Part shown: piece by piece, positions 12,101 through 24,149 of the stretch | Layout of the letters: each line of letters begins with the position of its first letter | How positions within the stretch are numbered: the first letter of the stretch is position 1 | Assembly (NCBI GenBank): GCA_047495785.1 | Contig: JBLDXI010000007.1 | Location: 2,852,001 to 2,916,000 of the forward strand | Length of the DNA: 64,000 nt | Reading direction: 5' to 3' | Source: Lepidodermella squamata | Lineage: Eukaryota; Animalia; Gastrotricha | The notes under the pieces: model-generated | The model's database searches: none | What the model was told of the DNA's origin: nothing | Seen by the model: only the letters and a program-made list of their open reading frames with translations | Made by a program: the position numbers and the translations under genes

Positions 12101-15100
12101 TTCCGCTAAGCTCTACCGTAGTCGTGGGTTAGAACTACGGTACATATGAGACCCGCCAAGCGATTTCGGCCCTATCTCGGTGTTCAATCATTCGAAAATT
12201 GGGTGTTGTGCAATTGGGACTATGCGCCAGATGTTGTCTTTTCAAATGATTAATAAGGGACGAAATCGCTTGGCGGGTCCCAAATGTACGGTGTGAATCG
12301 GTGGTGCTAGGGGTGTCACCTCTTTTGTACATAATCTGCTTAACTGGTCTCCTCCGTTTACCCAGCACCCTTCGCACGGCGAAGGACGCCATCATGAGAT
12401 TCCGTCCTACGACTATTACGTCAGAGTCTCCATCCTCGAGCACCGCTGTCGCTTGCCAGGCGTGCCTTTCTTCATGTGGCGCATTCCACGCCGCTGTGAG
12501 GTAACACCGTTCGCTTAGTGCTGCCGTTGCGTGAGGATATGGAAGGGTACAGTGGATCTTGGTCTTGGCATGCGTAGAGATTACAGCAGGCTCGATTCAG
12601 GCCTTACCCGATAGTTCCGAGGTAGAATTACCATCATTGTTCTCTTCAGTCTCAAAGGTTCCCCCCGGCGCTACTGCGGCAGCTTTGCTGCTGCTGTTGC
12701 CAATTCACCAGCACTACCAGGTTTAAGACTATTAGTTGTGTAATGATGTTGCGCAGTTTTATTTGCCAACGGTACACTGGTGCATCCAACGTAGATCTGG
12801 CAACATGTGTTACACGTTGAGCGGTAGATCACATTTTGTTTGATACAGATGACTTCTCTAGAACTTTCTGAGGACTCATGAATGCAGCCCTAGCATTTAT
12901 GAAAAGTGTGAGAATAAGCAGAAAAATTAGAAGGAACAGTAATCTTGAGTGGCATGGACTTCCAGATTATCTGAATTTGGTGTTGAAAAACTCGGAAATT
13001 TTCGTTGTGGCGAGCTTTACAGCCATGGCAATTTCCTCACCCAGATACGGGAGTGACAATCGGACGACATTCTGAGACTTATAGCAGGTAGCAGGAGGAG
13101 GCGTGATCACGCGTCGAATTGAATTTTCAATCAACTTATCATCATAACCACTATCACGAGCTAAAAAGCTTTTACTACCTATCACGAGCGCGCCCTTGAT
13201 AAAAGATCATAAACCTGATAAAAATTATCCGGTCAGACCTATAATCAGGTCTCGCAACACACCCACTGAGGCTATTGATACGCTCCTAGCGTTTATTTTC
13301 AAGCAATATATGCCTATGATCACTGCCAAGTTAAACAACACTTCTGAATTTGTTAATTTCGCAATTGAATTCAAGACCCGATCCAAAAACAAATCATCGT
13401 CAAATTCGTAAGTTATTTTTATACTATTACCCTCTTCTGAAATTTCATATTTCAATGTCCCTCTCAGGTAGGATGTCTTGATTATCAATAGTTAGCTCGA
13501 ATTTTGCAGGGGGTTGAATTTTCAGACATTTTTGTCTATCGGTCTGATCATGTGGATCAAAAATTGAAAAAATTGATATGAAATGTGCCGCCCCCGAAAT
13601 TTTCGTCTTATTTCATCGCCAGTACCCCTTGGACGAGTTTTTCCGCTTGTTTTTCGACCTTGGTCAGTTTTTCTCGTATAAGGAGTCGGTAATCGGGTGG
13701 ACACTAATAATCTCAAATGCTCAAATGTTAATTACGCACTTTCCCTCGGTTTGCCAAATACGGCACATTTGATGGAGACTTTGTCGCCCCGCAAGATGAA
13801 ACGTAGTGGCGACTGATATCGGGTTCTATATAATTTAAGAAAAGCACTATCTGTCAAGTTAAATACCGAAGATGCCAGGAATACAACACTCTGTGACTAC
13901 TTTTAGAATAACGAAGAATAAAACAAATTGAAATTCCATTAAATTGAGCTTGCTCATGTCAGAGCATGTTCCAAAATTCGAGAGTTAGTATGTTTTATCA
14001 AAGGAGAAAAAATAGCAGAGGGTTAAAGAGTACTCATCGAGCCTTGTAAGCTCATGACAGGTACCGAATCGCTGATAATTTGAAGATGGTTTTGGTGACG
14101 ATGTATAAAAAGCAGGAACAGATTGTTACCGACCAGTTACGCTTTTAATCGCAATAATGGCGATGTAGAAATACTGATGATCCTAAAACTTGTGGATTGT
14201 GGAGCCGCAAGTTGAAATAGGAATGAAAGACGCTATCACCACGCCATCTTTCACAAAAAAATACTGCCAGACCACGGCTATTGGGCTAAAAGGAAGCATC
14301 ATCGCGAATGAATCAGTACATTATGATTTTTCTTTAGATCGAATTTGCAATCGATAGACTGAAAATTAGGATATTCTCCCAACACTGGACGTCTGAATAA
14401 GACCCCTTTCTCCTCTGCCCCGTGTTCTTTCCGATGAAAAAATTATTGAAGAAAGCAATTAATCCCCCCATTTGATTCCTCGTGGTTTGGGCGAACAGAT
14501 AGACGTCGAATGATTTGTTTTGCCAAGCCATTAGGGCTGTGTGTTGACCGGGTGACGAAGCCGATAAGACTTTCAAACTCCCATGCACCATAGTCCCACT
14601 AACTGCATTATTATCTAACAAATATGGGAAAGTGAGAGAAGAAGTGGATATTGAATGTCATGTTATCGACGCCATAATGCTTCTGCAAAATTTATTCCCG
14701 GCATTTTCAAGCCAAGCAATGTCGCAGGCTGGCTGAAGCGCTCGATGAACAATAGATGATGCTCGATTTTTTCTCAAAAAATTTCTGCATGGCAACCGGA
14801 CCTTCACAGAGTAGAATCGTCGAATAGTCGTGAGCGTGCCATTTGCTTAGGTCTTCAAGTGATGGAAAGCTGTTAGTGCCAGACGGAATAACGTCACTTC
14901 GATCTGCGAATGCTCCTGAATGTCAGCTTGTCCCCGTGTCCCAATTTATAGATCGTCCATAGCATTAACAACTTCCGAACGACACCAATGAGTGCAATAT
15001 TATGCATCGGTTCCAATAGGATGTTTTTAGTTGGATCCACGTCAGGAATGCCCAGTACAATAGCCCAAGCGAGAATTCCATATCTCCAGATTGAGCTGCA

Positions 15101-18100
15101 TCCCGCCAAGATTCCGAAGTGGATAACACCCGTGAGGAAACACTGTTTTCTTGTTTTTTGAGTCTCCTTGACCTACTATGGAGCAAATTGGACAGCAATG
15201 ATAGCCAGCGTACACTTTATTTCACACTACTTTCACACTTACCATCTTCTCGCAAGGCGGAGTGGAATGATGGAAATTGATCAGCGCAGTCTTCAATATC
15301 TTCTGGCGAAATTTCGATCTGGCGAGTTTTATTACCGTATCAATTTCCCAATTCATCAAGTCGAAAGTTTGAACTTGTTTCGAAGTTTTACCAAGGAGAA
15401 ACATCGATAGCCAAATTTAGTTGCAAAACGATTTTCGCTTGGCCCATTTTCACAGCTAGTGGGTTGGAATTTTATTAACACTTTATCGTCCAAATACGCA
15501 TATTTGCGTATACGAAAATTTGCAGAAAATAGCCGTATACGCATATTTGCGTATGTGAAATTTTGCAGAAAATAGCCGTATACGCATATTTGCGTAGGCG
15601 AGAGTGATGCTTTTTTGCGATTTTTTTCTTCGTGAACTGAAGACCTAAAAATCTGAAAACCTCATGGTTTAAGTCAATTAAGACCTGAAGAACACAAATT
15701 TTGGGTCAAAATCGCGAAAAAATGCTTTATTGATCGAAAAATCAGTGATTATCGATTATCGATTATCGATTTTATATCGATCCTGAATTTTTTAAAGATA
15801 GTCTATCAGATTCGCCATGTTTCAAACCATTAACTCAATGGCTTGTCATATTTTTAGAGAACAAGGAAAGCGCAATACAAAAATCAGAAATAATAAAATA
15901 TTGAAATATTTGAAATATTGACAAAAGTAATAAAATAATTTACAGCGAGAAATATAACCTACCTGAGAAATCATCGCTTTCAGAAGACGGACTTCTTTCC
16001 AGCGCTTCATTTGCTAACACGGTCACTTGTTTGAATCGCGACATTTTCGAATCAAGTTAAATTAATTTGAAGGTAATTGAAATCGAGAATGAGAATGAGA
16101 AAAACGAGAAAATTAGAAAAATACTTTAATTTCAGTCACACACCTGCACCATCTGCTATCGACCGTATACGCACATTTGTGTAAACATTATTTTTGACTT
16201 CACGCCGTATACGCATAGTTGCGTAAAGGGGATTTGCAAGATGGGGCCGTATACGCATACGTGCGTAAACACTGTTTGCAGTAAATAGCCGCATACGCAG
16301 ATGTGCGTAAGGCTTTTGCAAGATGGGGCCGTATACGCAAATATGCGTAAGGGTCTTTTGGTTATTACGTAATATGGGTGCATCCAAAAAATCCGGGACA
16401 TCGACCATTGATCTTAGAATTCGATCCTCTTTCAGAAAATATAATAATCTCAGAGTCGAATTTTCAGTTCGGCACGTCTAAAATGGCCCTTCTCTACGGA
16501 AAAGGCTCTTCTAAAAAGCCCGGACGATAAAGTGTTAAATTAAGCTTGCTCATGTCAGAGCATGTTCCAAAATTCGAGAGATAGTATGGTTTATCAACGG
16601 AGAAAAAAAATACCGAATCGCGTAATAATTTGAAAATTCGAGATTGTGGAGCCGCAAGTTGAGATGGGGATAAAACACGCCACCTTTCACAGAAAAAGAC
16701 TGCCATGCCACGGCTTTTGGGGCTAAGGAAGCATCGACACGCGAACGAATTATTACACACTGATTTTTCTTGAGATTGAATTTGCAATCGTTAGACTTGA
16801 AAAGCAGAATACTTTCCCGACACTGGACGTCCGAATAACCCTCCTTTGACAGCTATAGCATTCAACTCTGCCCCGTGTTCTTTCGGACGCAAAAAATGAT
16901 TGGCGAAAAAAATTGACCTCGCATTTGATTCCTCGTGTCAGAAGGGCGGACGGCACGTCAAAATAGGTAATGAACCGCTGCAAACAGGCGAAGATGCTCG
17001 GAGCCTTAGTCGACCTGAGCGGATCCGCCACGGGACCTTCGAGAAGGCGTCAAACAAGGTGAGCACCCAGCGGTGCCCTTGCGAGCTAGGCGGCTCGATG
17101 GGCCCGACGATGTCCATGGCCACGAACGGCTCGTCCACCGGTCGGATGGGCACCAGGGGCACCGTCGTAGCTTTGCGGCGGGCGCACGTCAGACAATCCC
17201 GGCAGTGTCGCCGAACGGAGCTGTAAAGGTTTGGAAACCAAACGTAGTCGCGGAGGCGTTCGATAGTCTTCTGGCGGCCAAGATGGCCCGAAGCCGGAGC
17301 GTCGTGGGCGATGCGGACCGTGTCGGGCACGTACGTATCCGGGAAAATCAGTCAGAGTCTGGAGAAGAGGCGGTCGTGCACCTAGACTAGGATGTCCGCT
17401 TTGAGATGGCCTTTGCCGACCCAACACATCGAAGCAAAGCTTTAATTTGGCGAATTTGACAATCAGAAGCCATACTTACTTGGCAAAGGGCGAAAACCAG
17501 GTAAGGTCCAATGCCGTATCAGATTTAAGTCACTAAAAACAAAAAACAAAATTTGCCACAACTCAAACGCGGGGAAAACTTGCGAATTCTGAAGAAAACT
17601 AACAGAGGCTGTTGTTGAGGCAAAGCAAGTCCAGAGTAGAACCGGAACAAATTACGGAAAAAGAAATGATTCTTTATAATACAATTTGCACTATATTGTA
17701 GTGCACTACGGACAAGTATCGGTGCTGGCCCTCAAGTTTTTGCCAGAAAGAAGCAGCAAATCTAAGCAACGCGAATTTGGGTTTTTGCGATTGCTTTTTG
17801 TGCATAGCGATGAGGAAGTCAAACAAAATCTGGGCAATCAGCGGTAGTCCTCCGTGGGAAAGCTCGTTTATTGGTTTGTTGCGCATCATCTCGGCCATCA
17901 ATGTGAACTGCAAACCCTCCAGTATTGAGTATAATATATCGAAGTCCGATTTTTCGAGTTTTAAGGCACAAAAGCTGCAACATCAATAAGATCAATACGA
18001 GTATAGAGTATATTATATCGAAGTCAAATTTTCCGAGTTTTGAGGCACAGAGCAATATGAAAAGAATTAGTGGCGAAGAAGTACCAAGAAAACAGTCGGT

Positions 18101-19776
18101 CTGTTATATTAAATAATCATACAAAATACTACAGGATTTGATAGCAATGGGCAGAAAATTGATCAATTTACAATCAGTCAGCAAAAAAACGAGACAAAAA
18201 ACGAGACAAACGAGCATCAGTAAAGGAAGTTCTCATTAAGACAAATGTTCTCAGTGCACTGTTTGAACCCTTTAACTGTCGAAACCCTGCTACCGTGGTA
18301 AATTATAATTTTACACAATTTGGATTATGTTAGCTTCAAAACACGCCGTAAACGCGATAATTTTTTTCGTTGCAGAAATAAATTGTCAAGGGAAAAACGA
18401 TTTGTACTTTGAGCCCAACTTCTTGGAACGGGGAAACTGTAAACGAATTCAGCATACAAATTTTTTCGTGAAGGAAAAGTGAATTATATTGAAGTGGAAG
18501 TGACTTAAAATGAAAAAAAATTTGTCAGAACTCAAACACGGGAAAACGTGCGAATTCTGAAGAAAACTAACAGAGACTATAGCACTGCTGTTATTGAGGC
18601 AAAGCAAGCCGAAGCAAGTCGAAGCAACGCGAATTTGGATAGAGACAGTGGATAGCATGTTCTTTGTGTTCCAATATTTTTTGGCTTTCAACACAGCATG
18701 GAACCTTTCAAAACGCGTGGTCCATGAAAGGCGTAAAGAGCCGCAGAATTCCATTTGAGTGGGCAGATGTGTTAAATGATGCTGTTTAGAACTCGTATGT
18801 TAACGCTTGGATAACATGCCTTGAAGGAGGATAGATATTTCTTGAGTAAAGCTGGGCTAAGTTTCTCGGCCGGAAAGGGGAAAGCGAACATTGAATTAGG
18901 AAATTCAAATCTATATTTTATATTTGAAAAAATCTAAAATCGCCCTCGATATTCCAACAATTTTCTCACTTTATTTTTTTACTTTATATATTTTTAGAGA
19001 AATGCAATGAAATTCCTATTTTCCACTGGATGAAGAAATACGGCAAGTTGTTCGAAGAGCAGCTCAACTTGAGTGAAATCGAGCGATTAAACGATGTCAC
19101 TAACGCTTTCCTGGATCGTTTCGTCGCCGAGGTCGCGTGTCCGGCCTGTTACGGTTCATTACTAATTCGAAACTCTGTCCCAGCTGTTGCTTTGAACCCT
19201 AAAGTCATCGAAGTCTTGTTGAAGTACGAAGTTTACAAATACGTCGATTGGCCATCGATGTTTACGATTGACCATGCCGACCCGGCTTCTTTGTTGAATT
19301 CAACGGCTATTGTTGCCAAATTCATTGTTTTGCCATTTTTACGAGCTGGCTACAAAATATCGCCCGAATTATTCACGCTGAACAGTTTTCTATTCGAAGT
19401 TATTAATTGTTGGCGAAAATTGGTCAAAGCCTGTGGAGAAGTGGACTGTGATCTGAATTTACCGGAAATGTTCGTTCAACTCATGATTGAAGCGCGGAGG
19501 AGTGGCAAATTCGGTTTCATCGAGCGTCAGCTGATTTCATTGAGCGTAAAAGAAATCACGAAAGAAGAAAAAATCGCTGAAAAATTCTTAAATTGCCTGG
19601 CCAAATCTTTCCCGTTCAGTCTTCGGAATTTGTGTCGAAATGAAATTTTGCGTCGATTGCCCGTTGGCTTTCGTGAACGATGTCACGCCATTGAAGGCTT
19701 AGGACTCAGTGTTTCGAACTGTGATTTTCTGAATTTTTGTGATTACGATTTCGAAATGAATTTCGGTTCAGAGTAA
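9117..19776 (+). CDS. SOCS-box protein C; exons 9117-9672 and 18998-19776 around a 9.3-kb TE-filled intron
   Basis: G|gtgagt donor at 9673 and tttttag acceptor at 18997 join in frame (…VYHEKCNEIPIFHWMKK…). N-terminus resembles A/B; FIVLPFLRAG motif; C-terminal FPFSLRNLCRNEILRRLP box. Confidence 0.72.
9861..9901 (-). ncRNA. Minimal type I hammerhead ribozyme (PLE-associated)
   Basis: Reverse complement: GACC-CUGAUGA-U-GGCUU-AAUAA-AAGCC-GAAA-CAUG-UU-GGUC. Full catalytic core, stem I GACC/GGUC, stem II, palindromic stem III ACAUGU. Confidence 0.85.
10991..11793. repeat. Three dispersed degenerate ~125-bp direct repeats (10991-11113, 11450-11580, 11661-11793)
   Basis: Each begins cgaactg…ct(c)ccag and ends …tattag(t/c)cc(c/t)attt; copies 1 and 2 share gcgtggtagccgata…atcgccttgagact. 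Confidence 0.75.
11897..11959 (-). pseudogene. Degenerate tRNA-derived sequence / SINE head
   Basis: Reverse complement has A-box-like TAGCTCAGTTAA and B-box-like GGTTCAAAT at tRNA spacing; cloverleaf incomplete. Confidence 0.4.
15495..15597. repeat. Tandem ~42-43-bp units with TACGCA-TATT-TGCGTA hairpin core (3 cores)
   Basis: Seen directly in sequence. Confidence 0.85.
16163..16349. repeat. Five CCGTATACGCAnnnnTGCGTA cores at 42,42,42,40-bp period with variable spacers
   Basis: Cores start at 16163, 16205, 16247, 16289 and 16329. Confidence 0.85.
16938..17430 (-). mobile_element. Ty3/gypsy integrase fragment nested in the CACTA remnant
   Basis: AHDAPASGHLGRQKTIERLRDYVWFPNLYSSVRRHCRDCLTC (HHCC zinc finger) and VAMDIVGP…WVLTLFDAFSK (rve core start); abrupt GC-rich block. 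Confidence 0.9.
17920..18050. repeat. Imperfect tandem duplication of a ~50-bp motif (~80-bp period)
   Basis: agtat.gagtata.tatatcgaagtc…gagtttt.aggcaca occurs twice. Confidence 0.7.
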
Positions 19777-20047
19777 TACTAAATAAATCGAATATATTTT
19801 TTATGCAATTTTTAGAAAAAAAGTCGGGTTTAAGAAATTGTTTTAAGCAATAGAGCTAAACAATCAAAATTATAAATTTTTTGTCTTTTTATTTGAATAA
19901 TAATTCTAAAATTTTCGAAATTTCGAATTTTTCTAAAAATTCCAGAGAATATGAAAAACACTTGAAAACTTTAATTTTTTAGCGTTTTCAATTTTTTCCG
20001 TATGAAGAAATTATTTCATATTTTATTCATGTTTTTAGAAATTTGAA

Positions 20048-21313
20048 ATGGATGATGAATTCGCTGAAATAATCGCTCGATGCGGGCCTGACACGAAGTT
20101 GGCTGAAGTCGTGAAATCGACCCTAGAGGCCGGAAAATTCACTCCGGAGCTGCAAAACTTCATCTCAGATTGTATTGAAAACTCAGAATTCTACCTAATC
20201 GAAACCGCTCTGAAATTTACGCATGAAAAAGTTGACAGCTATTTTGGAATAACTTTGTATCACCGGCTCGATCTGCAAGCAGCGGCCCCTCTCGTTGAAA
20301 AAATGATCAAAAACAAGTGGGTACCTTTAAATTTGCCTCATTCAGTCGGCGATATGAGGAATGAAAGTTTGCGATTATACTGCCCGCCGGTGACTTACCT
20401 TATCCAGCAGTTACAGCTCGATGAAACTCCGAGCCCGGATCGAGCGAAAATCATCAAACTCATGATTGAAAATGGCGCTGATCTGCTCGCAAGATCTTGC
20501 GCGAATACCCTAAATCAAATTAATACAATTGCCAAAATGATAACATTTCGTTACACTGGTTGGGATTGCAGAGATGCGGCTCGCGAATATGCCGTTCATC
20601 AGCTGGCGTCTGGCTTTAATAACGACCCGGATTTGACCAATTTCATCATTGCGTCCACACCACCTAGCACATTTGGCGTGAATTTGAAAAACCGAATTTT
20701 TTACACCCCGTTGTGGTCAGCTTTCAACCTATTCAGTCAGGTGCATCACAATCATCGGGAGCAATGTGCTAGAATGGCGAGAATGACGCAATTTGTGATA
20801 TTACCCCTACTCAGGGCTGGTTGTAGGCTCTACCCAGACCCGCTTTTCGATCTGCGGGATTTGTATGCCTTCACTGGCAAAATTTTCGACTCTCGCTTTG
20901 CCTATGTTTGGGCTGAAATGAAACATAGCGATGTTGAAATTTGGGGCCGTGAGAACGCATTTCTTGAGTTAATGATCGAAGCGAGGCGAAAACCGGGTTT
21001 GAAAGTCGCTAGACTCGAGAGTCGGTATAAAAACACGTGTCAAGACGTGGTTGCTTCGTGGTTTTATTTTAGAGCCATCCAGCGGGTTTGTAAACGGTTT
21101 GTTGTCGCGGTTCGAGGTTTGTACCCTATGAAGCTTCAAAACCTGGCTCGGATCGAGATTTTGAGAGCTCTTCCACGTGGATTGAAGCAGCGCCAAGAGG
21201 CTATTACCAAACTCGGACTTCCTAAGATGATGGTTGATTTCTTGAATTTTACCGAGTTTGAAGTTGCTGATAGAAGTCTGCTCGAAGTGAAGTGCCGCTT
21301 GGATTTTCTGTGA
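20048..21313 (+). CDS. SOCS-box protein D (intronless subfamily, 421 aa)
   Basis: IIKLMIENGADLL is ankyrin-like; TPLWSAF…FVILPLLRAG; YPMKLQNLARIEILRALP…LGLPKMMVDFL. Confidence 0.88.
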   Translation: MDDEFAEIIARCGPDTKLAEVVKSTLEAGKFTPELQNFISDCIENSEFYLIETALKFTHEKVDSYFGITLYHRLDLQAAAPLVEKMIKNKWVPLNLPHSVGDMRNESLRLYCPPVTYLIQQLQLDETPSPDRAKIIKLMIENGADLLARSCANTLNQINTIAKMITFRYTGWDCRDAAREYAVHQLASGFNNDPDLTNFIIASTPPSTFGVNLKNRIFYTPLWSAFNLFSQVHHNHREQCARMARMTQFVILPLLRAGCRLYPDPLFDLRDLYAFTGKIFDSRFAYVWAEMKHSDVEIWGRENAFLELMIEARRKPGLKVARLESRYKNTCQDVVASWFYFRAIQRVCKRFVVAVRGLYPMKLQNLARIEILRALPRGLKQRQEAITKLGLPKMMVDFLNFTEFEVADRSLLEVKCRLDFL

Positions 21314-21584
21314 TTTTTGTGTGCTTGATTGTACGATTTATGAGATTTTTCCATTGTCCATATTATTATCATTTACAAATCCTATATATTTTTCTAAACT
21401 CTAAACTGAAAAAACTTGGAAAAAACTTGTAATCAAATCCGAAAACTTATTGGTTTATTTGTGATTTTTATTCGAGAGTCGCGAGAGCTTTTTTTATTAT
21501 TTTAGACACAAATTTACGTTGAAACTATATCCGAATCGCTCATTCGTTTATGTGCTTGCTTTCCTTGTAGTTCGCTGTACATAC

Positions 21585-21852
21585 AGTTACCCCGAGCGAA
21601 GCGAGAATAAAAAGAAGATTTCTGAGTAATCTTATTTTTCCCGTTTCGCTTTGTCAATGTTGACTCGGAAACTGAGGGAAGAGGATTCATTTAGCAATTC
21701 TTCATTCTAACCTCTAGAACGAGTTTGGGCTTATTCACCAAACTCACAAAAATGGTTAGTAAAACCAAAATTTTTGCTATTTACTAGCGGCCCCTTTTGA
21801 CTGGCGGCCCCTGGGCACGTGCCCTCGATGCCCATGCGTTATTTCAGCCCTG
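21585..21852. mobile_element. Truncated copy (right end) of the hAT-like element at 55483-56218
   Basis: Shares gcgaagcgag, actggcggcccctggg and the cccatgcgtta…gccctg terminus. Confidence 0.65.
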
Positions 21853-22075
21853 CTCATTTATGCAGGGTGTTTTGGTGTTTTGTCTAGCCTATTTTATTGA
21901 GGAGAGGCTAGAAATGGGGTAACGGCTATTCTCTATTTTTCTGCCTCAGTTCAATTTATGCACGAAGTACCCCGGAATATTTCCAGCAAGCTCGTGGAAA
22001 TAGAATTGGGTTCTTTAATACATTTTGTTGAATTTTCTTGTTTGATGAACGCTTTTTTTTCGTGTCTAGACTTGC

Positions 22076-23350
22076 ATGGATGATACATTTTCTGAAATCG
22101 ACGAAGCCTGTGGGCCTGGCAGCAAAGACCTCGCCCTAGCTATAAAAGCATCGTTGGAAATTTCTCACTGCACACCTGAACTCAAACAACACATCGACGA
22201 GTATTTGGAGAATGCAGATGCCGCGAAACTGGAAATAGTCCTGAAATGGACCCACCAGCTTTTAAGCAGGGAGTCTAGAATTATGCTGTTTCCACTGCTT
22301 GATATGCCCGGTGCTGCTGAACTTGTTGTTAAAATTGTTAAAAACAAATGGGTGCCATTTGACTATCCGTCTCATGTCGCTGATTTGAACGACGAATACG
22401 TCAAAGAATGCTGCCCGCTTGTGACTTATTTCATCCAAGAGATGCAAGAGGAATTCATTATTATTCGTAATAGGCATCGGGGTGAGTTAATAAAGTTATT
22501 GATTGAAAACGGCGCCGATTTGCTTGCTAGGTCTTGCCCTGATGACGGCTTTGAATTTTCAAGGAGCGAAATTGTCCCGAAATTGGTGACTTTTCGCTTC
22601 GACAGGAGTAACGAAACGCTATCTCAGCGAGAGTATCCGATTCACCAACTGGCGTCTGGTTTCAATGTAGATCAAGATTTGGCTTATCTGATTATTGAAT
22701 CTACCCCGGCTGAAGGTTTTTTGACGAATCCGGCCAAGAGAATATTTTACACACCGCTGTGGTCGGCTGTAAATACGCTATCTTACTATATACCGCGAAT
22801 TTCTGGTAGTCCCAGAAACGCACGAGTCGCTAAAATGACTGAATTCGTCATTTTACCGTTGCTTCGAGCTGGTTGCACCCTGTACCCTGATCCTTTGTTC
22901 GACTTGATCAAGGGAGAAATGGATCCAAGTTTTGCGCTGCTCTGGGCTTGTGTTAAATCAAACGAGTTCGACATTTGGCATCGAGACCGGGCTGTCATTG
23001 AGTTGCTCGTCGAAGCAAGGCGAAAACCATTTTTGAATGCCGGAAATCTTTCAAGGCGGATTAAGAAAACGCTTTGTTTTGGGATAGATTTCGATATTGA
23101 TGCGAAGAAAATTCGCGATTGCTGCAAGCGGTTTTTGATTGCGCTACGTGACGTCTATCCGTTGAAGCTTCAAAATTTGGCTCGAATGGCGATTTTGAAG
23201 TCATTGCCAGTCGGATTATCGCAGCGCCGAGATGCGATAGAGAAGCTTAGTCTTCCAAACATGTTGAGCGACTTTTTGAACTTTGCTGAATTCGAAATAG
23301 CGGATAAAGATTTGCTGAGTCAACCGACTATGTTGCGATTTGAAAATTAA
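22076..23350 (+). CDS. SOCS-box protein E (424 aa)
   Basis: Full-length paralog of D; YPLKLQNLARMAILKSLP…LSLPNMLSDFL. Confidence 0.9.
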   Translation: MDDTFSEIDEACGPGSKDLALAIKASLEISHCTPELKQHIDEYLENADAAKLEIVLKWTHQLLSRESRIMLFPLLDMPGAAELVVKIVKNKWVPFDYPSHVADLNDEYVKECCPLVTYFIQEMQEEFIIIRNRHRGELIKLLIENGADLLARSCPDDGFEFSRSEIVPKLVTFRFDRSNETLSQREYPIHQLASGFNVDQDLAYLIIESTPAEGFLTNPAKRIFYTPLWSAVNTLSYYIPRISGSPRNARVAKMTEFVILPLLRAGCTLYPDPLFDLIKGEMDPSFALLWACVKSNEFDIWHRDRAVIELLVEARRKPFLNAGNLSRRIKKTLCFGIDFDIDAKKIRDCCKRFLIALRDVYPLKLQNLARMAILKSLPVGLSQRRDAIEKLSLPNMLSDFLNFAEFEIADKDLLSQPTMLRFEN

Positions 23351-23414
23351 TTCGACTTGTTATCAGCTCGCTAAATCAGCTTGCAAAATAAAATACTAAT
23401 AAATGGTGTATTAA

Positions 23415-23975
23415 CCCTTTCACGGCGGAATTTTTTTTCAGCCAAGCAAAAAAATCGAATTTTTTAAATTTCTAGCAAATTAAGGAAGGAATCGGAAAAT
23501 CGGCAACCACATGCTATTCTAAGGCCAGATGCGCACATTTCCCATCAGTTACTGATTTCACTAAAATTTTCAATCCCGCTATTTTTTTCAAATATAGATT
23601 CATCCGGATGAATTCATAGAAATCGTCAGCCAGGCTATTGTGCTGTCATTTTTTCATGGAATTTCTAAAAAAACAAACTGGGTAGTCAATTAAACCCTGC
23701 CGGACACGCCTGTGAAGTCAGATAGACCCGGAAAAATACCCAAGACATTGTTTTACTCGATTGAAAAAAAATAAGAAAAACGTGCATCGGTTTGAAATTT
23801 TAAAATTGATCGTATTCCAAGAGGGGAAGAGATAACTAAATTTGACTTTCGGATTCTTGTAGGCAACATCCGAAAGTAGTATTTTGCTAATTATAATGGA
23901 CAAATTCGTTAAATTGATGGAACTGTGAATTAGCAAAGTCGAAATTCCGAAATCGTCCTTCCCGCCGTGAAAGGG
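23415..23975. mobile_element. Non-autonomous piggyBac-like element (561 bp)
   Basis: TTAA|CCCTTTCACGGCGG…CCGCCGTGAAAGGG|TTAA. The homologous 3' flank of paralog G (~31940-32005) lacks the insertion. Confidence 0.9.
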
Positions 23976-24149
23976 TTAAAGAAAATGTAATTTTTTGAGC
24001 AGAGCCAACTGATTGTCTGGCTTCATTCGTCGTGGTAAACGTTTAGGCCGGTCCGAATTATGAGTTCACAAGCTAATTTTGACTCGCAAGGGTACACTTT
24101 TCGCTTAGGGGCCACCCTTTTCTTGTCCCCAGTGAAAGTCTACTAATTC

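Larger units (their letters stand above)
9780..13400 (-). mobile_element. Penelope-like retroelement, fragmented, with nested insertion (~10096-12715) and an inverted RT segment
   Basis: Minus strand 12720-12850 reads NVIYRSTCNTCCQIYVGCTS…QH (GIY-YIG); 12967-13185 reads VRLSLPYLG; ~10000-10095 reads FIQALDPKIN (endonuclease C-terminus). Plus strand 13196-13400 reads KDHKPDKNYPVRPII (PLE RT N-terminal motif). Hammerhead lies downstream. Confidence 0.8.
13945..18880 (-). mobile_element. Degraded CACTA/EnSpm (CMC)-type transposase fragments, at least two partial copies
   Basis: Minus-strand motifs EPMHNIALIGVVRKLL (~15000) and KQHHLTHLPTQMEFCGSLRLSWTTRFERFH (~18700-18790). Internal duplications: 13947-14480 vs 16543-16937 and 17550-17630 vs 18520-18610. 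Confidence 0.65.

Noticed and set aside
15495-16349. CRISPR array
   Set aside because: Eukaryotic context, no cas genes, spacers short and related to one another (tttgcaagatgggg occurs twice).
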